Positions 1 through 12,504 of a stretch of 64,000 bases of DNA are shown piece after piece. The stretch's first letter is position 1, and each line of letters opens with the position of its first letter. Below the pieces are notes generated by a model. That model had not been told where the DNA came from, searched no databases, and saw only the letters and a program-made list of their open reading frames with translations. Where the stretch lies: contig NIVC01001505.1 of NCBI GenBank assembly GCA_002269645.1, positions 1-64,000 on the forward strand. Reading direction: 5' to 3'. This stretch comes from Macrostomum lignano. Its lineage: Eukaryota. The translations under genes and the position numbers were made by a program.

Positions 1-1760
1 ATACCCCCCCCCCCCCGAATTCCTCAATCTCTCACGATGGGCTCAATTCCATGTTGCAGAACGATTTTTCAAATCAATTAAAAGCAGTTGCCCCGTTGTG
101 GGCAAATGAGGAAGTACAGTAGGGACTGATCCCTTCTCCCAGCCTGTCTGGCCTCTTTCCAAGTGCCTGGTTCTGAACTGAAAGAGGCCCAGTAGTGAAC
201 CCCCCCCCTCATATAACACTCAGCTAACGTAGAGGTTTGATCCCGGAAATCAAGAATATGATAAGACGTCCTATCCCAAAGCCTTCCTATATATATCGCC
301 GACTGAGGACTACGTAGAAGCGAAAAATTATGAAATTAAATCCATTCTTGCAGACTCCTTCTGCATGGAGAGATTGCCGCAGAAATGAAAGAAAATTGAA
401 ATTCCCAATCAACCCCATTCAGAAGCTACGAAATTGGAATTGAACGAAAGCTTTGCAGAATTTTCATTTCCTTCAAATCTCGAGGTTTGCCTGTCCGACT
501 GCTGACAACCTTCTAATGGTTAATTGCAGAAGCTGCTGCCCACTTGGTTGAGCGGATTGTATTGGGAGGAAAACTCACATAGGATAACAGTCAGAACAAC
601 ACGCACAGGGAGGCTATCGGGATGCAAGGTCCCCCCCCTCATTTCTCAAACGGAAGGCACAAGTGGAATCACAAGTTGACAAGTGGACAAGGTCGGCATG
701 TAGAAGAACGTATTTTTAAGACATAAAACAGTTGCGAGAACACGAAGGGAACTCAGAGGAATAAAAACTGGGCATTTTTCCCAAGCCAACTCAGACCTCA
801 CGACCCCACGGTAATGGAGTGGAATTCGATGTGACAGTCAGCCACCAGTCCAAACCTGCTCGCTGCAGCTCTGGGTTAGAGAGCATCCTTTTGCCTCGTC
901 CCTCCCTGCTCCCCCATCCCCTTGGGCTCAGCCCGACTCCATGAGGCGAAGACAAAGGCCTCAGCTCAGCCTCTCTCAGGCGGATGCGTTCTGCTGTTGC
1001 TGCTCCTGCACTATTGCTCTATGGCAGCGGTTCTCGCCAACCAATAAGTCAAATTGGGACAACCGACCCACACTGCGTCTCGTGCCACCTCTCTCAGTCT
1101 CACCCTCCAGCCGTGTGCCATGCGGTTTGCTAAAATTTGAATGCCTCCAGCACTCACTGCTTGACCAATGCTTTGGCATTTGACCCCAGTGCCAGTGATC
1201 ATTCCAAGAATAATCACTTTTTTTCCCGCAAAATCCCAAACGAACTTTTCTGCCGTTCCCTGCTATGAGGAAGGATTTTAATTGAAAAGTGCATCGAGGA
1301 AAGAACTCGGAGAGTGGTGCAGGGGAAGGGGTAGATAGATGAGCAGCGCCGGGCAGCTCTTAATTGAATTGGGATTTTTGTCCAGTTCTCTGCGCGGTTG
1401 AAAACGATGAAAAATTATTTGGGCTGCTGCCGCAAAACAATGCCCTCGCTTCCTTAATCACAAAACACTTGACCCATCAGGCAGGAGGCAGATCAGTTCA
1501 GCGGATAACGCACCCGACTCTTGCGACACCGTACCCAAATTCGATTCCGTGCGGGTCCACTGTGGTCTTGGATTTGCGGCAGTGCTTAAAGCCCATACAA
1601 ACTTTACAGTCAAACTTGCTCACCGACTGAACTAAGCTGCCTTAATCTCTTTGAGATGGCAAACCAACATGAATGGCCTAAAATCATATCTACCTACCAA
1701 ATAGCCAAATAGCCCTATTTGTAACAAAAATGCAATCAAACAAGCTAAAAAACAAGACAG

Positions 1761-1769
1761 AAAGGATAT
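1761..1769 (-). other. U12-type (minor spliceosome) AT-AC intron 5' splice site
   Basis: Minus strand reads CC|ATATCCTTT, the U12 consensus, at the P|W position where voltage-gated Ca/Na channel genes carry a conserved minor intron. No branch site or 3' end found in 1-1760. Confidence 0.85.
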
Positions 1770-1951
1770 GGCCATGTGATGGCTCGAAGGCACCACGATC
1801 TGACCGGATGTCGCTGGTGCAGGAATCTCAAGACCACCGGATAGAAGCCCTGGTACAGCAGCTCCCCTTCGGCTGTCACTTCGACTTCCGGTGGATGCTT
1901 GTCAGGCGTCTTTGACTGACGCTGCTGCTGGCCTTCTGCTGTCTCGCTCAT
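1770..1951 (-). CDS. Cav3: First coding exon of a T-type (Cav3) voltage-gated calcium channel alpha-1 subunit; the gene continues left, outside the window
   Basis: MSETAEG...LLYQGFYPVVLRFLHQRHPVRSWCLRAITWP matches the Cav3 pre-IS1 segment (LPYPxLxPVVFFxLxQxxxPRSWCLRxxxNP-WFE). The exon ends in phase 2 after TGG CC at an ATATCCTTT donor. ATG at 1951; an upstream in-frame start at 2077 is also possible. Confidence 0.85.
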
Positions 1952-3236
1952 CGCTGTTCTTTCTTTCAGAGCTATCAATAGTTTCGCTTGGCTGCGCTCG
2001 CTTCGCGTTGGCAAAAGCGTCGAGGCCAGCTGCCGTGATTCAGCATGTCGCTGCCGTAATGCGTTCGATTGTTTCAACTGGCTGGTTCTGGCGCCAATTA
2101 AATTTCGATAGGAGTTGGGAGAGCGCTTCCAATTGAATCTCTAATTGCTGGCTAAATAAGAGAGCGGGTTGGAAGGAAGACAGGTGGGACGAATAAAAAA
2201 AATATTTTTCGGTTTGGGTTGGCGGGTTTGGGTTGGTGTGCGGCCGATTCCAGTGAAAATTGTAATGAGGGAAGGGCTGCAGCTGCAGGCTTGGTATTGG
2301 ATGCTGCTCACAGCGGGGGGTACTGCTGTGTTTGCGCCTGCATGAGGAGGAGAGAGAAAGTGAGTGCACAGCGAGGCAGCGTTGAGCGCTGGAAGCGGGG
2401 AGACACACGGCGGGGAGCGCCTCCTCCTTGGGCCAGCTTCTTCCACAACCGGAGCACTGAGGCAGGGTGAGTAGCATTTTTTGCTTCCGCATTTTAAGCC
2501 AAGGCTGAGAACAAGAGAAAGAGAGACAGAGGGAGGGGTGGAGAGGAAAGGCACAGAGGTCGGTCTTCAACAAGGCTCACAGCGTTCAGCCAATCCCAGC
2601 TAACAGATATCTGCGCGAACTAAAACCTTCAATTCCCATTTTCATCCCATGCCCTCGACACTTCTTCCCAATGCCCCCCACCGCTGGGCCTGCCGTTTTC
2701 CTGTCCTCTCATATTTTTTTGTAGACAGACTGAAGCTAGGCAAGCCAACGGCGCTGTTCTCTCCAATGCCAACCGCATAAAAACACACAAACAGATGCGG
2801 CAGACAGCCGATTTTCAAAAGGCAGAACAGTTTTAAAGAGGCCAACTGTGAAGAGTTGCAACGGGATAAAATGCCTGGCACCAGCTGCTCCAAGAGTTCA
2901 TCAACGGGCTGGTGATCCGGGGTGCCACGATCCGAGTGACGGCACTTTTGCATGCTCGTGGTTCCTACACACGATACTGAAACTGGCATTAAAGACCTTG
3001 TTCAATTGGGGGGGGGGGTCTAGATGTTTCTGAGTCATGCTGAAACATGCTGAATTTTATGAACGTTAGCATGATTGAACTATCAGTTGTTTCTCTCACG
3101 TATCACTAATGAATACGAAAGATTGACAGCAAATCTATAAATTTGTTTTCGTCATATAGTTTTTCAATCTTTTGTCTCGTCTTTGAAAAATCGACACTAA
3201 TTAGCAGTCTTAGAAAACTCTGCGTATGCGTACAGA

Positions 3237-3562
3237 GGGGACCGTAGCCCAGTAGTCTAGCGCAGGCTCTGGTGTGCCAGCGGCCCAGGCTCGATTCCAA
3301 GTGCAGTCACATTAATTTGGGGCTGAATTGGAGTCTCGGCTTGGCTCTGCTCATGCAATTAACGCCCCTTGAGAGACAATCCACAAGGCACAGTGAAGTG
3401 TACATGCCTAACGATAAATAAAGTTAGGGCCGCTGTACACTCCTGTGTGAGTGTGTGCCTGCGTACGTATCCTCGCGCTTGCGTGCCTGCTCAGGGGAGT
3501 CGGCGGAATGGGGAGCACTGCCTCTCGCCGGTTGTTCGACCATGTCGCTTAAAGTGCACACA
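3237..3562 (+). mobile_element. tRNA-derived SINE, copy 1
   Basis: Head GGGGACCGTAGCCCAGTAGTCTAGCGC...GGCTCGATTCC has Pol III A/B-box-like motifs. A ~320-bp homologous copy lies inverted at 44200-44528. Confidence 0.8.
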
Positions 3563-3654
3563 GCCTCCCAGAGATATCGAAGTGCAAAAACAACCTAACA
3601 AAGAACGCAAGGACTATACTGGACATTTATAAGTCTGTCTATCTCGTATCTCCG

Positions 3655-4269
3655 TCTGTCTCCCAGGGCACGCTGGTTTCCTCGGCAACGAGTGCGCTGA
3701 CCTGCTGGCCAAGTCTGGCGCGCTTTTGGGCCGGGCCCAGGGGCCCCATCCCCGTCTCGGTGATCAACTCCCACGTCAAGCGCTGGGCAGACTCCCATGC
3801 AGCATCTGCGCAGATGGCACGACACTCGGAATTTCAGGCAATCCCGTGCTGCCGTTCCCTGCCCCTCCTCTCTCCTGCTGGATCTCCTGGATCTTAGAGC
3901 AGTCAGCAAGGCCCTCTCCAGGCACGGCTGCTTCTCTTGCCACCACTTCCTTCAGTGCCACTGCTGAGAACTTTATCTGTCACTACCCGGTTTTCACTCA
4001 CCTCGGGCCAAACCCGGTTCTCTTCGACGTTTCCAAGCCCGAGAGCATCCCGCTGCTCGCCCGGTACCTCAGGGGACACAGGACGAGTTGAGTTCTTCCC
4101 CACCGCCGGTGAGAAGGACCGCGCTGCAGGCGAGACCGCACGGGTCCCCCTGAGCGAAATCACTTCGTTGGAAGTCTTTGGTCGCCCAGCTGGGGCTAGC
4201 GGAATGAGTGGTCTCCTCCGCCTCTTTGCTGCATCCGCTGCTCGGTGCCCCCTACAGCTAAGTCAAGTA
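3655..4269 (+). mobile_element. Decayed 3' fragment of an RNase H-containing non-LTR retrotransposon
   Basis: PGHAGFLGNECADLLAKSG (C-terminal RNase H motif) at ~3662. A frameshifted Cys/His tail follows (TAENFICHYPVF). The 3' end CCCTACAGCTAAGTCAAGTA resembles that of the 43250-43882 fragment. Confidence 0.7.
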
Positions 4270-4477
4270 TGTCTGTCTCGTATTCGATACGATCGTAGAT
4301 TTGTAAACTTGTGTAGACTCGCTTAGGAATAAATCATGTGAGTACTTCAGCCTTAACTTCTGCCTCTGAGTCTATAAGGCGAGTAGTACATATCAGGATA
4401 ATTATTAATAATATTAATGATAATAATAATATATTAATATAATAATTAATTTATAATTTATTAATTTATCACACCTG

Positions 4478-4690
4478 CCCTAATGGCCAGATGTGCACAG
4501 CTCAGCCGCAGCTATTGCGCGGCGCATCTGAAGGCTGCGTACGGCTGTTCAGTACCCCAGCTAATGCTGGCACCCATTTTACAGCTGGGTTGAGCTGAAG
4601 CAATGCAGAATAAAGTGTCTTGCTCAAAGGTACAATAAATTGCTCCGAGTGGGTCAAGAATCGAACCCCCGACCTTTCTGTCGTGAAAGT
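4478..4690 (-). mobile_element. Second SINE-like element with a CORE-like central domain
   Basis: Minus-strand B-box-like GGGTTCGATTC near 4660. The segment CCCATTTACAGCTGGG...AAAGTGTCTTGCTCAAAGGTACA resembles CORE-type SINE sequence from memory. Single copy in the window, ends approximate. Confidence 0.45.
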
Positions 4691-5386
4691 TTAATTTCTG
4701 TAATTGGGTCAGTCTGGTGTTGCTACTGTTTTAGAAAGCTTCGTTTAAGCAAAACGTCAAAAAACAATATAGAAGCCAGGAGAGCAGGGTTAAAGTCTGC
4801 GATATTTTAGTCAAGCTGCATGCCGCGCGGCTTGACAGTCACCGCCGGCTCACGGAGTCTGCCTCTGTCGAAAGCATCGGGAAAAAATCACAACAGATAT
4901 AGTTGGGGGGGAGCATCCGCATGTCTGCAGCTCCCAGCAGAATTCGTGACGTATGGAAGCGATGTCTCCGGCTGGGGAAGGGCACACGAGCCGGATAGGA
5001 TATATAGGGCTCATCACGCACGAACTGATCACAACAATAGCGCCACTGTCACATCGGATAGGATCGAGTAAGGCACAGATGATTGCTCACCGGAATACTA
5101 CTCTCTATATACACTCCAGATGTAGCAGTTGTAGCTGTACTCTTTACTTAATGAAGATGACTTTGACAATAATACTAAAGCAATAGCACAAATGATATTA
5201 CCTGTAACAACGTTTAACCCAATGCGAGTTATGCCTACTACCGGTATCAGTAAAAATTACGAGAAAGTGATCGATCCCGACACTAAAAATTAAATTTGGT
5301 ACTTGTTGCAGGGGTATTACAATTATACTTTTGAGAAGGTTTTATTTTTGAGAAAGTTTGCTACTAAGAAAGCTCATAAAATCTTC

Positions 5387-5500
5387 ATGAGTGCCTGCGG
5401 CGCCAAAGTGAGTGCCTGCGGCGGTAAAATGAGTGCCTGCGGCGCTCTAAAAGGAATTTCTGCGGTGCTAAAATGAGTGCCTGCAGCGCCAAAAGTAGTG
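5387..5500. repeat. Short ~21-bp tandem repeat (ATGAGTGCCTGCGGCGCCAAA), ~5 degenerate copies
   Basis: Directly visible periodicity. Confidence 0.75.
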
Positions 5501-7172
5501 CCAAAATTTAGTCATGTACATGTACATGTTGAATTCTTGGCTTTGTCCCCCCCCCACCATAAAATCCATGGCGCGCGACGCCCCTAGTGATAGAAGCACA
5601 CAAAAAAATATCTCTAATATAAATAAGTGTTATAAGGCATTACGATCGAATACGCTGAAGGAACAAAAACGAGTAGATTGTACGCTCGTGAAAAATATAC
5701 ATGTACATGCAGAAACAATAGCGATAAAACTACATTTGGATGCACATTGCATTGGTAATGAAGTAGCGTCACCGCAGCTACATGTAGGGCATGCCTCGCG
5801 GCCAAGCAAACTTTGACAGCACCACTAAAAATCGAGTCCAGGGCGCAAAAGTCAGCCAGCATCAGCAGACACAATTAGGACCACTGTTTTATACATACGA
5901 GTATATACGAGATGTTGGATATATTGGATGTTCTACGTTGGATGTTTACGTACAGGACGTAAAACTCAAGGATCATGAAATTTTTTGAAGGCCAATTTGA
6001 AGGCAGTGAAGATTAACCATTCTCTTGAATTATCATGCAAGATAATTCAAGTTCCTTTTATATAGTCTGTGGTGTCCCCAATTGCAGTTGAGCATTAGAT
6101 ATTTGATGTAGGAGCATTAGAGTCCCTACTCCTAATCATTTTTGTCGAGATTATACATCAAAGCTGCGCTGTGGAATGTGGATCTGAAAATTCGTTATGT
6201 TGTTCTAAAATTGTCGTTAATTCGCACGTGTGAAAATGGCGGCAAAAAATACTCAGTCATGTTGAGTGGGTCGTAACGTTATTTAGCATATATGACTAGT
6301 CTATGTTTACAGCATATGGACTTGCACGGCTTACGTTCTATCTAACGAAACAATACCAATCACGACTTTCGAATCCTTCTTAGTCTAGAATATATCTTAT
6401 ATATATCTTATATATCTTATATCTTAATTGCTTTAGCGATTGCCGATTGGCCTAGATATCTCAGGAAAGTTTCTAGACTAGGGGCCTAATCTCTCTCTTG
6501 CTGCCTCTGCCTGAACTGAAGGCCCAGCCCATAGCCACCCACATGCCATTGCCTTGCATGGATTTGTCTATATGCTCATATTATATAGAACTAAAAATGA
6601 ATAGACAAATTAGGCAGTAAAACATTTGTATGTAGGCCTAGGGCCTACAACAAGGCTAGGCTATAATAGGCCTATAAGTTTAAGTTAGGGCCTATGCCAC
6701 ACTTAGATAGAGAATGGCAGCCAGGCCCATGTCTATAATCCAAAAACTTATAAAAACAATGGCCCTACCTCTAGTAGTGATTAGGTCTATACTTATAAGA
6801 TTTGACTAGGCTACTGTGTCTAGTGTCTATAGGTCTAATATTAGGCCCCTGTCTCCCACTAGTCCACCAGAGACAGTAGCTATAGGGCCATCAATGAAGT
6901 CTGCATAGCGCCAAGGCCATGTTGTTAATATTGAATGAGTTTATAGGGCCTAGGCCTACTTAAACTTTAAATCTTAAGGTTAAACATACAAAGGGTAGCC
7001 TAGCCATGTCCCTAGTATATAATCTATTTAACTGTTCAACATTGGAGATGACAATGATTTTTTATTGCCAAAATTAAAAAGCAACAGTAGGCCTAGGCTT
7101 ACTATGTGTACTTATATATATATATGGCAGATGTGCCTATCAACTATAAGCTCCAATGACCAATATTAAATA

Positions 7173-8333
7173 CAAGGGATGTCCCAAAAATTGGTGCACT
7201 TTCTTCACCATAGCCTCTTCTGACTGATTAGAAATATTAAGTCTATTGCAATTGAAAAGAGAATTATCTACCAGTTAAAATGATATTCTATTTATTTCTA
7301 TATCTGCTAGCATTCTTGAGATATGAGTGCTTTTCTACCCTATCCCTGTGCTACTTCTACAAATGTTTTTGTGTTACCTGATGTACAAAACAACAAAATA
7401 TTCAACAAATAAACAAAACATCCGCAACATAAAAGCTGAGGAAAGAACAGTCAAAAGTTAATCATCAACATTGTCCTGAGGCTTCTCTATATAGCTAGTC
7501 ATCACTGTGCTGCACACTTCTGACATTGGCTATGCATATTTTCAATTTTGTCAATTAGCAAGATCTGAGTGTGGCATCTCATGAAGGAGGACTTGGCAAT
7601 TCAATGCTTCAGGCTCCCACAATAAGCAAAGATTTGTCCATGTAGCAGCTTCCTCTTTGGAAAGAAGGCAAAGTCAGTAGTTAACAAATCTGGAGAATAG
7701 GGTGACACTGAGAGCAACACAAAATTTGTCTTCTCTGTTTTCTTGGCTATGTGGGACATGCATTGTCATGGGGCAGAAAGTACAAAGCTGCGGTACTTAG
7801 TGGGCTAAGATCTTTCACAGTTCCAACTCCTCAGTTATCGTGCAGTAGAACAGTGGACTTTGGATTGCCAAGCATGTCTACAATCTCACAAACTGTCAGT
7901 CTGGCATCAGTGTCAAGCAATGCTTGGATTTGCCTATGCTATTGCTGATGCCATTGATGACATGCACAGCTAATGGCAAAAGTGTGCAGCACAGTGATGA
8001 CTATGTCAAGAAGCCTCACGACAATGTTGATGATTAACTTTTGACTGTTCTTTCCTCAGCTTTCATGTTGCAGATGTTTTGTTGATTCATTGAATATTTC
8101 ATTGTTTTGTGCATTAGGTACAAGGCTTTAGTCTATGGCAATTTGTAGAAGTAGCACAGGGGGTGAAGTAGAAAAGTGCTCATTTCTCAAGAATGCTAGC
8201 AGATACAGAAATAAATAGAATGTCATTTTAATGGGCAGATAATTCTCTTTTCAACTGCAATAGACTTAATATTTCTGATTGGTCAGAAAAGGCTGTAGTG
8301 AAGAAAGTGCACCAATTTTTGGGATATCCCTTG
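7173..8333 (-). mobile_element. Internally deleted mariner (Tc1/mariner) DNA transposon
   Basis: TA on both sides (7171-72, 8334-35). Imperfect inverted repeats ~350 bp long start CAAGGGA(T/C)RTCCCAAAAATTGGTGCAC. The minus-strand core has decayed transposase motifs: DARLTVCEIVDMLG, ...K-I-L-A-H-*-VPQL (RWVP-like) and PYSPDLLTTDFAFFPK (YSPDL-like). Confidence 0.85.
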
Positions 8334-9084
8334 TATATAGCCATCATTTCTATAAGTACTCATTTAAGTTATAATATATAGGCCTATAGATGGTTCTGCA
8401 ACAATTGACTATACATAACTGCCTATGCAACAACTGCTTGCATGACAACTGCCTGCAAAAAAACTGCCTACATAATAACTGCTTGTAGCAATAGCTAATT
8501 ATAGAGACAATTGACTATCAGGGGGCCTAGCTGAGCTTGTTTAACAACTCAGAACATAACATTATAGGCCTAGTTATTATTAATATTAGGCCTAATAATT
8601 AGAAGAAAATATAAAATATATAATAACAAAGAAAAAAACAGGTTTTAGTAGACCTATAATAAATTCAAAAAGCAAAAATAAATTATATTTTTTATTTAAC
8701 AACTATATTATATGTGCAAAATTCTAAATTAATAGAAACTATTTGTTACTGCTATAGTACATTGGTTCACATATTTTATTAACTTGAACAAAAGCAGTTG
8801 TTGCCTAGGGCTAGGCAGTTGTTATGTAGTCAGTTGTTGTATAGGCAATTGTATGTATGCAATTGTTATGCTATTCTATAGGTGGTCTAATAAACAATAT
8901 TTATGTTTAGGCCTTAAATAAATCTATAGAATCCCTTTTTATTGACTATACCTATTTTAATAATTATAGGCCTAATAAAAAATAATTATGTTGATAATAT
9001 TAATTATATTATCTATAACAATTGTAATGGACTAGATATAGTAAGAAAGTATTGCCACCAATTCTATTAATCAGTGGTAACCAC

Positions 9085-9382
9085 CATACATGCGCAACAG
9101 TCGGCCGAGTCGGCCAATCCAGCTGACTGATTTGGCGGCCAACCAAGGAAGTTGCAAAAATGCCCACCCAAAAAAACACAAAAGTAGTAGTACTAAGTAG
9201 CTGACCAGGCATTTTGGCTTAATAAGACAGTCATAGTTACTCCTGCCATTTGCCCAAAGTTGTGGTTATTTTGCTTTAAGGTGTTTTTACATGTAAGTTG
9301 CATTTTTGGCCAAAAACTATATTGCATTTTTGTTAAAACTAAGTTGCATGGCCAACCAAATTTTGGAGGTTGCGCATGTATG
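9085..9382. mobile_element. 298-bp hAT-type MITE
   Basis: Perfect 14-bp TIRs CATACATGCGCAAC and an exact 8-bp target duplication GTAACCAC (9077-9084 and 9383-9390). An 8-bp TSD is typical of hAT elements. Confidence 0.8.
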
Positions 9383-12120
9383 GTAACCACAAGTAGTTAA
9401 TGCTATGATATTGTACAAGATCTAGTGATACCAATGTCCATATTATGTACTATGGTTTATTAGCTTTATCTAGAGGCCAAGAGATAGATGGTCATTGGCC
9501 TATTAGCTCTTTGATAGCAAATAAGGTAGTAAAGATTCTTAAGCCTAAAAGTGTAAATAAGTTCTAGGTTTAGGCCAAGGTAGATATGTCTATCCTGACT
9601 ATAGTAGGGGGGGGGGCTTTCATAGATAAAGTACTTGATATTCTTGATATTGGAGCCAGAATGGGCATTTCTCACTATGAAGCCCCAATAGAAGAAGTTC
9701 CTATTTTCTATCTAGCATCTAGTATAACCTAGGAAAATTTGGCAGGTATAGGCAAATATACATATGTGCAGGTGCACTTATAGCTATGAATAGATATGTG
9801 TACACATGTGTATACATGTGAGCTAATGGTCTATTTAGCCTATGACCTAGGCTATTGTCTAATTATTGCACTTAGCATATAGATGACATTGCTCTATAGT
9901 CAATAAAGGATAATGCTAGTCTGCTCAACTGTCAGTTCTTATGCTAAAGCTTATAGTTATAGGTAGCTAAGATTATATGTCTCAGCTATAAGGTGTCCCA
10001 AAAGGGCCACAGTCATTGCCCCAATGTCCCTATAGGCCCTAATTGAGTCCAAGCAGGGCCCTGCAAAGGGTAGGCTACTTAATAGATATTCTCTAGGCTC
10101 TATTAATAAGCATTTTTTAGCTCTAATAACAATGATGCTAGTGTATTACACATATTAAAATTCTTTAAGAGCTGATAATTTATTGCTTCTATATCAATAA
10201 AAATTTATATAGGCCCATAGTTGGCCTAATATAAATAGCTTTTATGGTCTTAAATATTTAGTATGCACACTGCTTGGTAACCTAGCCAATCTAGATAGTA
10301 TATACTATAGTAGATTAAATATTATTTCTTTATTTAACCTTTACTTGTCTTTGTTTATTGTTTTCTATCTGGCTCAATCTTTTTTATTTTTATCTTTACC
10401 TTGTTGCCTTCTAATTGGCTTCTCAATCTTGCCTCTTACCTTAGTTGCATACTCTATCCCCATTGTCTTACCTGCATTTGACCCTACCCCCTATTTTATT
10501 GACATGAATATACCCATTTGGGACTTGAGCCCCATTTACTTCTGACTGTCTGTTCAATTTAACTAGGCTCTAGGGTACAATATGGGGTTAAGTGCTTTTT
10601 TGCTATAAGTAAATATTGTATATTGTTATATTTATCTAAAGTAATAGAAATCTAATATAATAGATCTAGAAATTGTATACTCATGTTTAGTAGTCTATCT
10701 AAGCTTTTATGCTAGGTTTTTTACATTATATAGTTGCAATTATAGTTAAAAATAAGGGAACTTTTGGGAAACTAAATTGGGAATATTGGGAATTCCGAAT
10801 TTCGGGAATATAGGGAAACTTAATTATATATTCTATAGCTTATTTATCAATGACAATTTACCCAGTGTTTGGCTGCTAGCATGCTTAAATTCACTTAATG
10901 GTTAACGCAGTAAGTTTTAAATGTGGTTTTTTCTGAAATTGGAAGACTTATGATAAGGCTAAAATGTGTTATTTATACCAAACTTTATGCTTTTTGTTGA
11001 AATCCAAGTACTGTTTTTCAAACTAGGCATAAAACTCTGTTTAAATAAAATTCCAGGTGCAAATATGTCCTAATTAGTTCTACTACTAGTAGCACATTGG
11101 GAGTATGCAACAATTATTGCCAGATGGTCAAAAGGCTTATTTATGGTAAGCTTTTTATTTTTTAGTGCCATTTATTACTTTTTATTGCTAATTTGGTTGC
11201 AAAGTTTTTGAAAATATTTAATAAATGATGAATGAGTAAAAGGTCTGAGTTGACACTTGATGTGGCAGTGTTGTGCACATTGCACTAGTCTGCAAGTCAA
11301 TACTGGTCTCATTTACTATTTTACAGCATCAAATTCGAGACAATTAGTGAGCTACAGACAATTTTACAGTTTTTTTTCAATCAACGAGTTACGAAGAGAA
11401 TGCAAGTACAATAAGTTCTAGCAATTGCTTGCATCCATACATTGACTCGAACATTGCATAGAATTGTGGCTCATGCAGACTTGCAGGCTTTTGTTGATTG
11501 TGCACATTTCTAGCCGCTCAGTTGTCTAACATTTCACTGACGTGAAAAACAAATCTGATTCTGTTCTACTCTATATTTAATATTTTAAATATGTCAACTG
11601 CTGTGTGTTTTTCCTGATTCATATGTTCTACCTTTTTCGTCTGTGCATTGTAGGGGCTGCTGCATTTGCTAGACTGTATCTGCATTAGCCAATAAGGTAA
11701 GTTTTTCCTGCTTTCAAACTGACCAGATTTCTTTAAGTGTCCCGAAGAAATCCAGGATATTTTTGAATCCTGCAGCCTGATCTCGGTGTAAAATTCCTAT
11801 TTCAGCAGCAGTGTATATCTGGCTTGAATGGCTTGACTAGCTCTGGCAATGTTAACAATGACAATCGAGCTGACAGGCTTGTAATTATCTTGTCAGAAAT
11901 TTGTGCGCGCACCGCGCTTTCGTCAAATTTTTTTCATTAATATGCTCACTCAGCAACTCACTATTGTTCAATTTGCATCTAATGATAGGTTTCTGTCCGG
12001 GGCTTCTCTGCTTCTCCTGAACTTCGCGTGCACCAAATCCAGGAAATGTGATTTGTTATTTAGCCAATAAATATTTGGTCTGTCCAGTGTCCAATGTATT
12101 TGGAAATTGAATCTACAGCA

Positions 12121-12504
12121 ATGAAACTGTTAACATCGAGTTGTTTGATTCTGATCTCGCTGTTGTACCTGGCTGCTTGTTGCCAGGGCCGGTCGCTGCC
12201 ACAGAAACGGCATGCTGACGGTGGAGAAGGCTTTGAAACTCTTCTGTCAAGACCGGCTAGCACTGAGGAAGATGCCGATTCGCTTGCCAATGCCGAGGAG
12301 GTGCGTGTAAATCCGTCACTAATTTTCTATTGTCAATGCATTCATTTTGTAACCAGTTTTTAGCTACTCATAGTAGTAAATATCAAAATCAGTCGTAAAA
12401 TTTCTTAACTTCAGGTTCTTGCCGCCATAGCCGCCCAGCGCAAATGGTTTGTGAATCAACATATTTTACCGCCAGAGGGTAGGCGCAAGCCGAGTGAAGA
12501 TTGA
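12121..12504 (+). CDS. 89-aa secreted peptide (prohormone-like) precursor; exons 12121-12300 and 12415-12504
   Basis: Hydrophobic signal peptide MKLLTSSCLILISLLYLAACCQG. GAG|GTGCGT donor and TTCAG|G acceptor join in phase 0. Dibasic sites KR and RK plus a G-RRK amidation signal release WFVNQHILPPE-amide. Confidence 0.65.

Noticed and set aside
1-1760. Short ORFs in 941-1630, or Cav3 exon 2, within this region
   Set aside because: No WFERxSM/IS1-IS2-like sequence or U12 branch site on the minus strand, so it is treated as intron.
3237-3310. SINE heads (also 44455-44528) and the 58478/61557/63779 modules as genuine tRNA genes
   Set aside because: A/B boxes are present, but the acceptor and anticodon stems do not pair into a full cloverleaf and each is fused to a longer repeat body.
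8385-8885. Imperfect inverted arrays of ACAACTGCC-like motifs as a MITE
   Set aside because: The inverted character is visible, but termini and TSD could not be defined.
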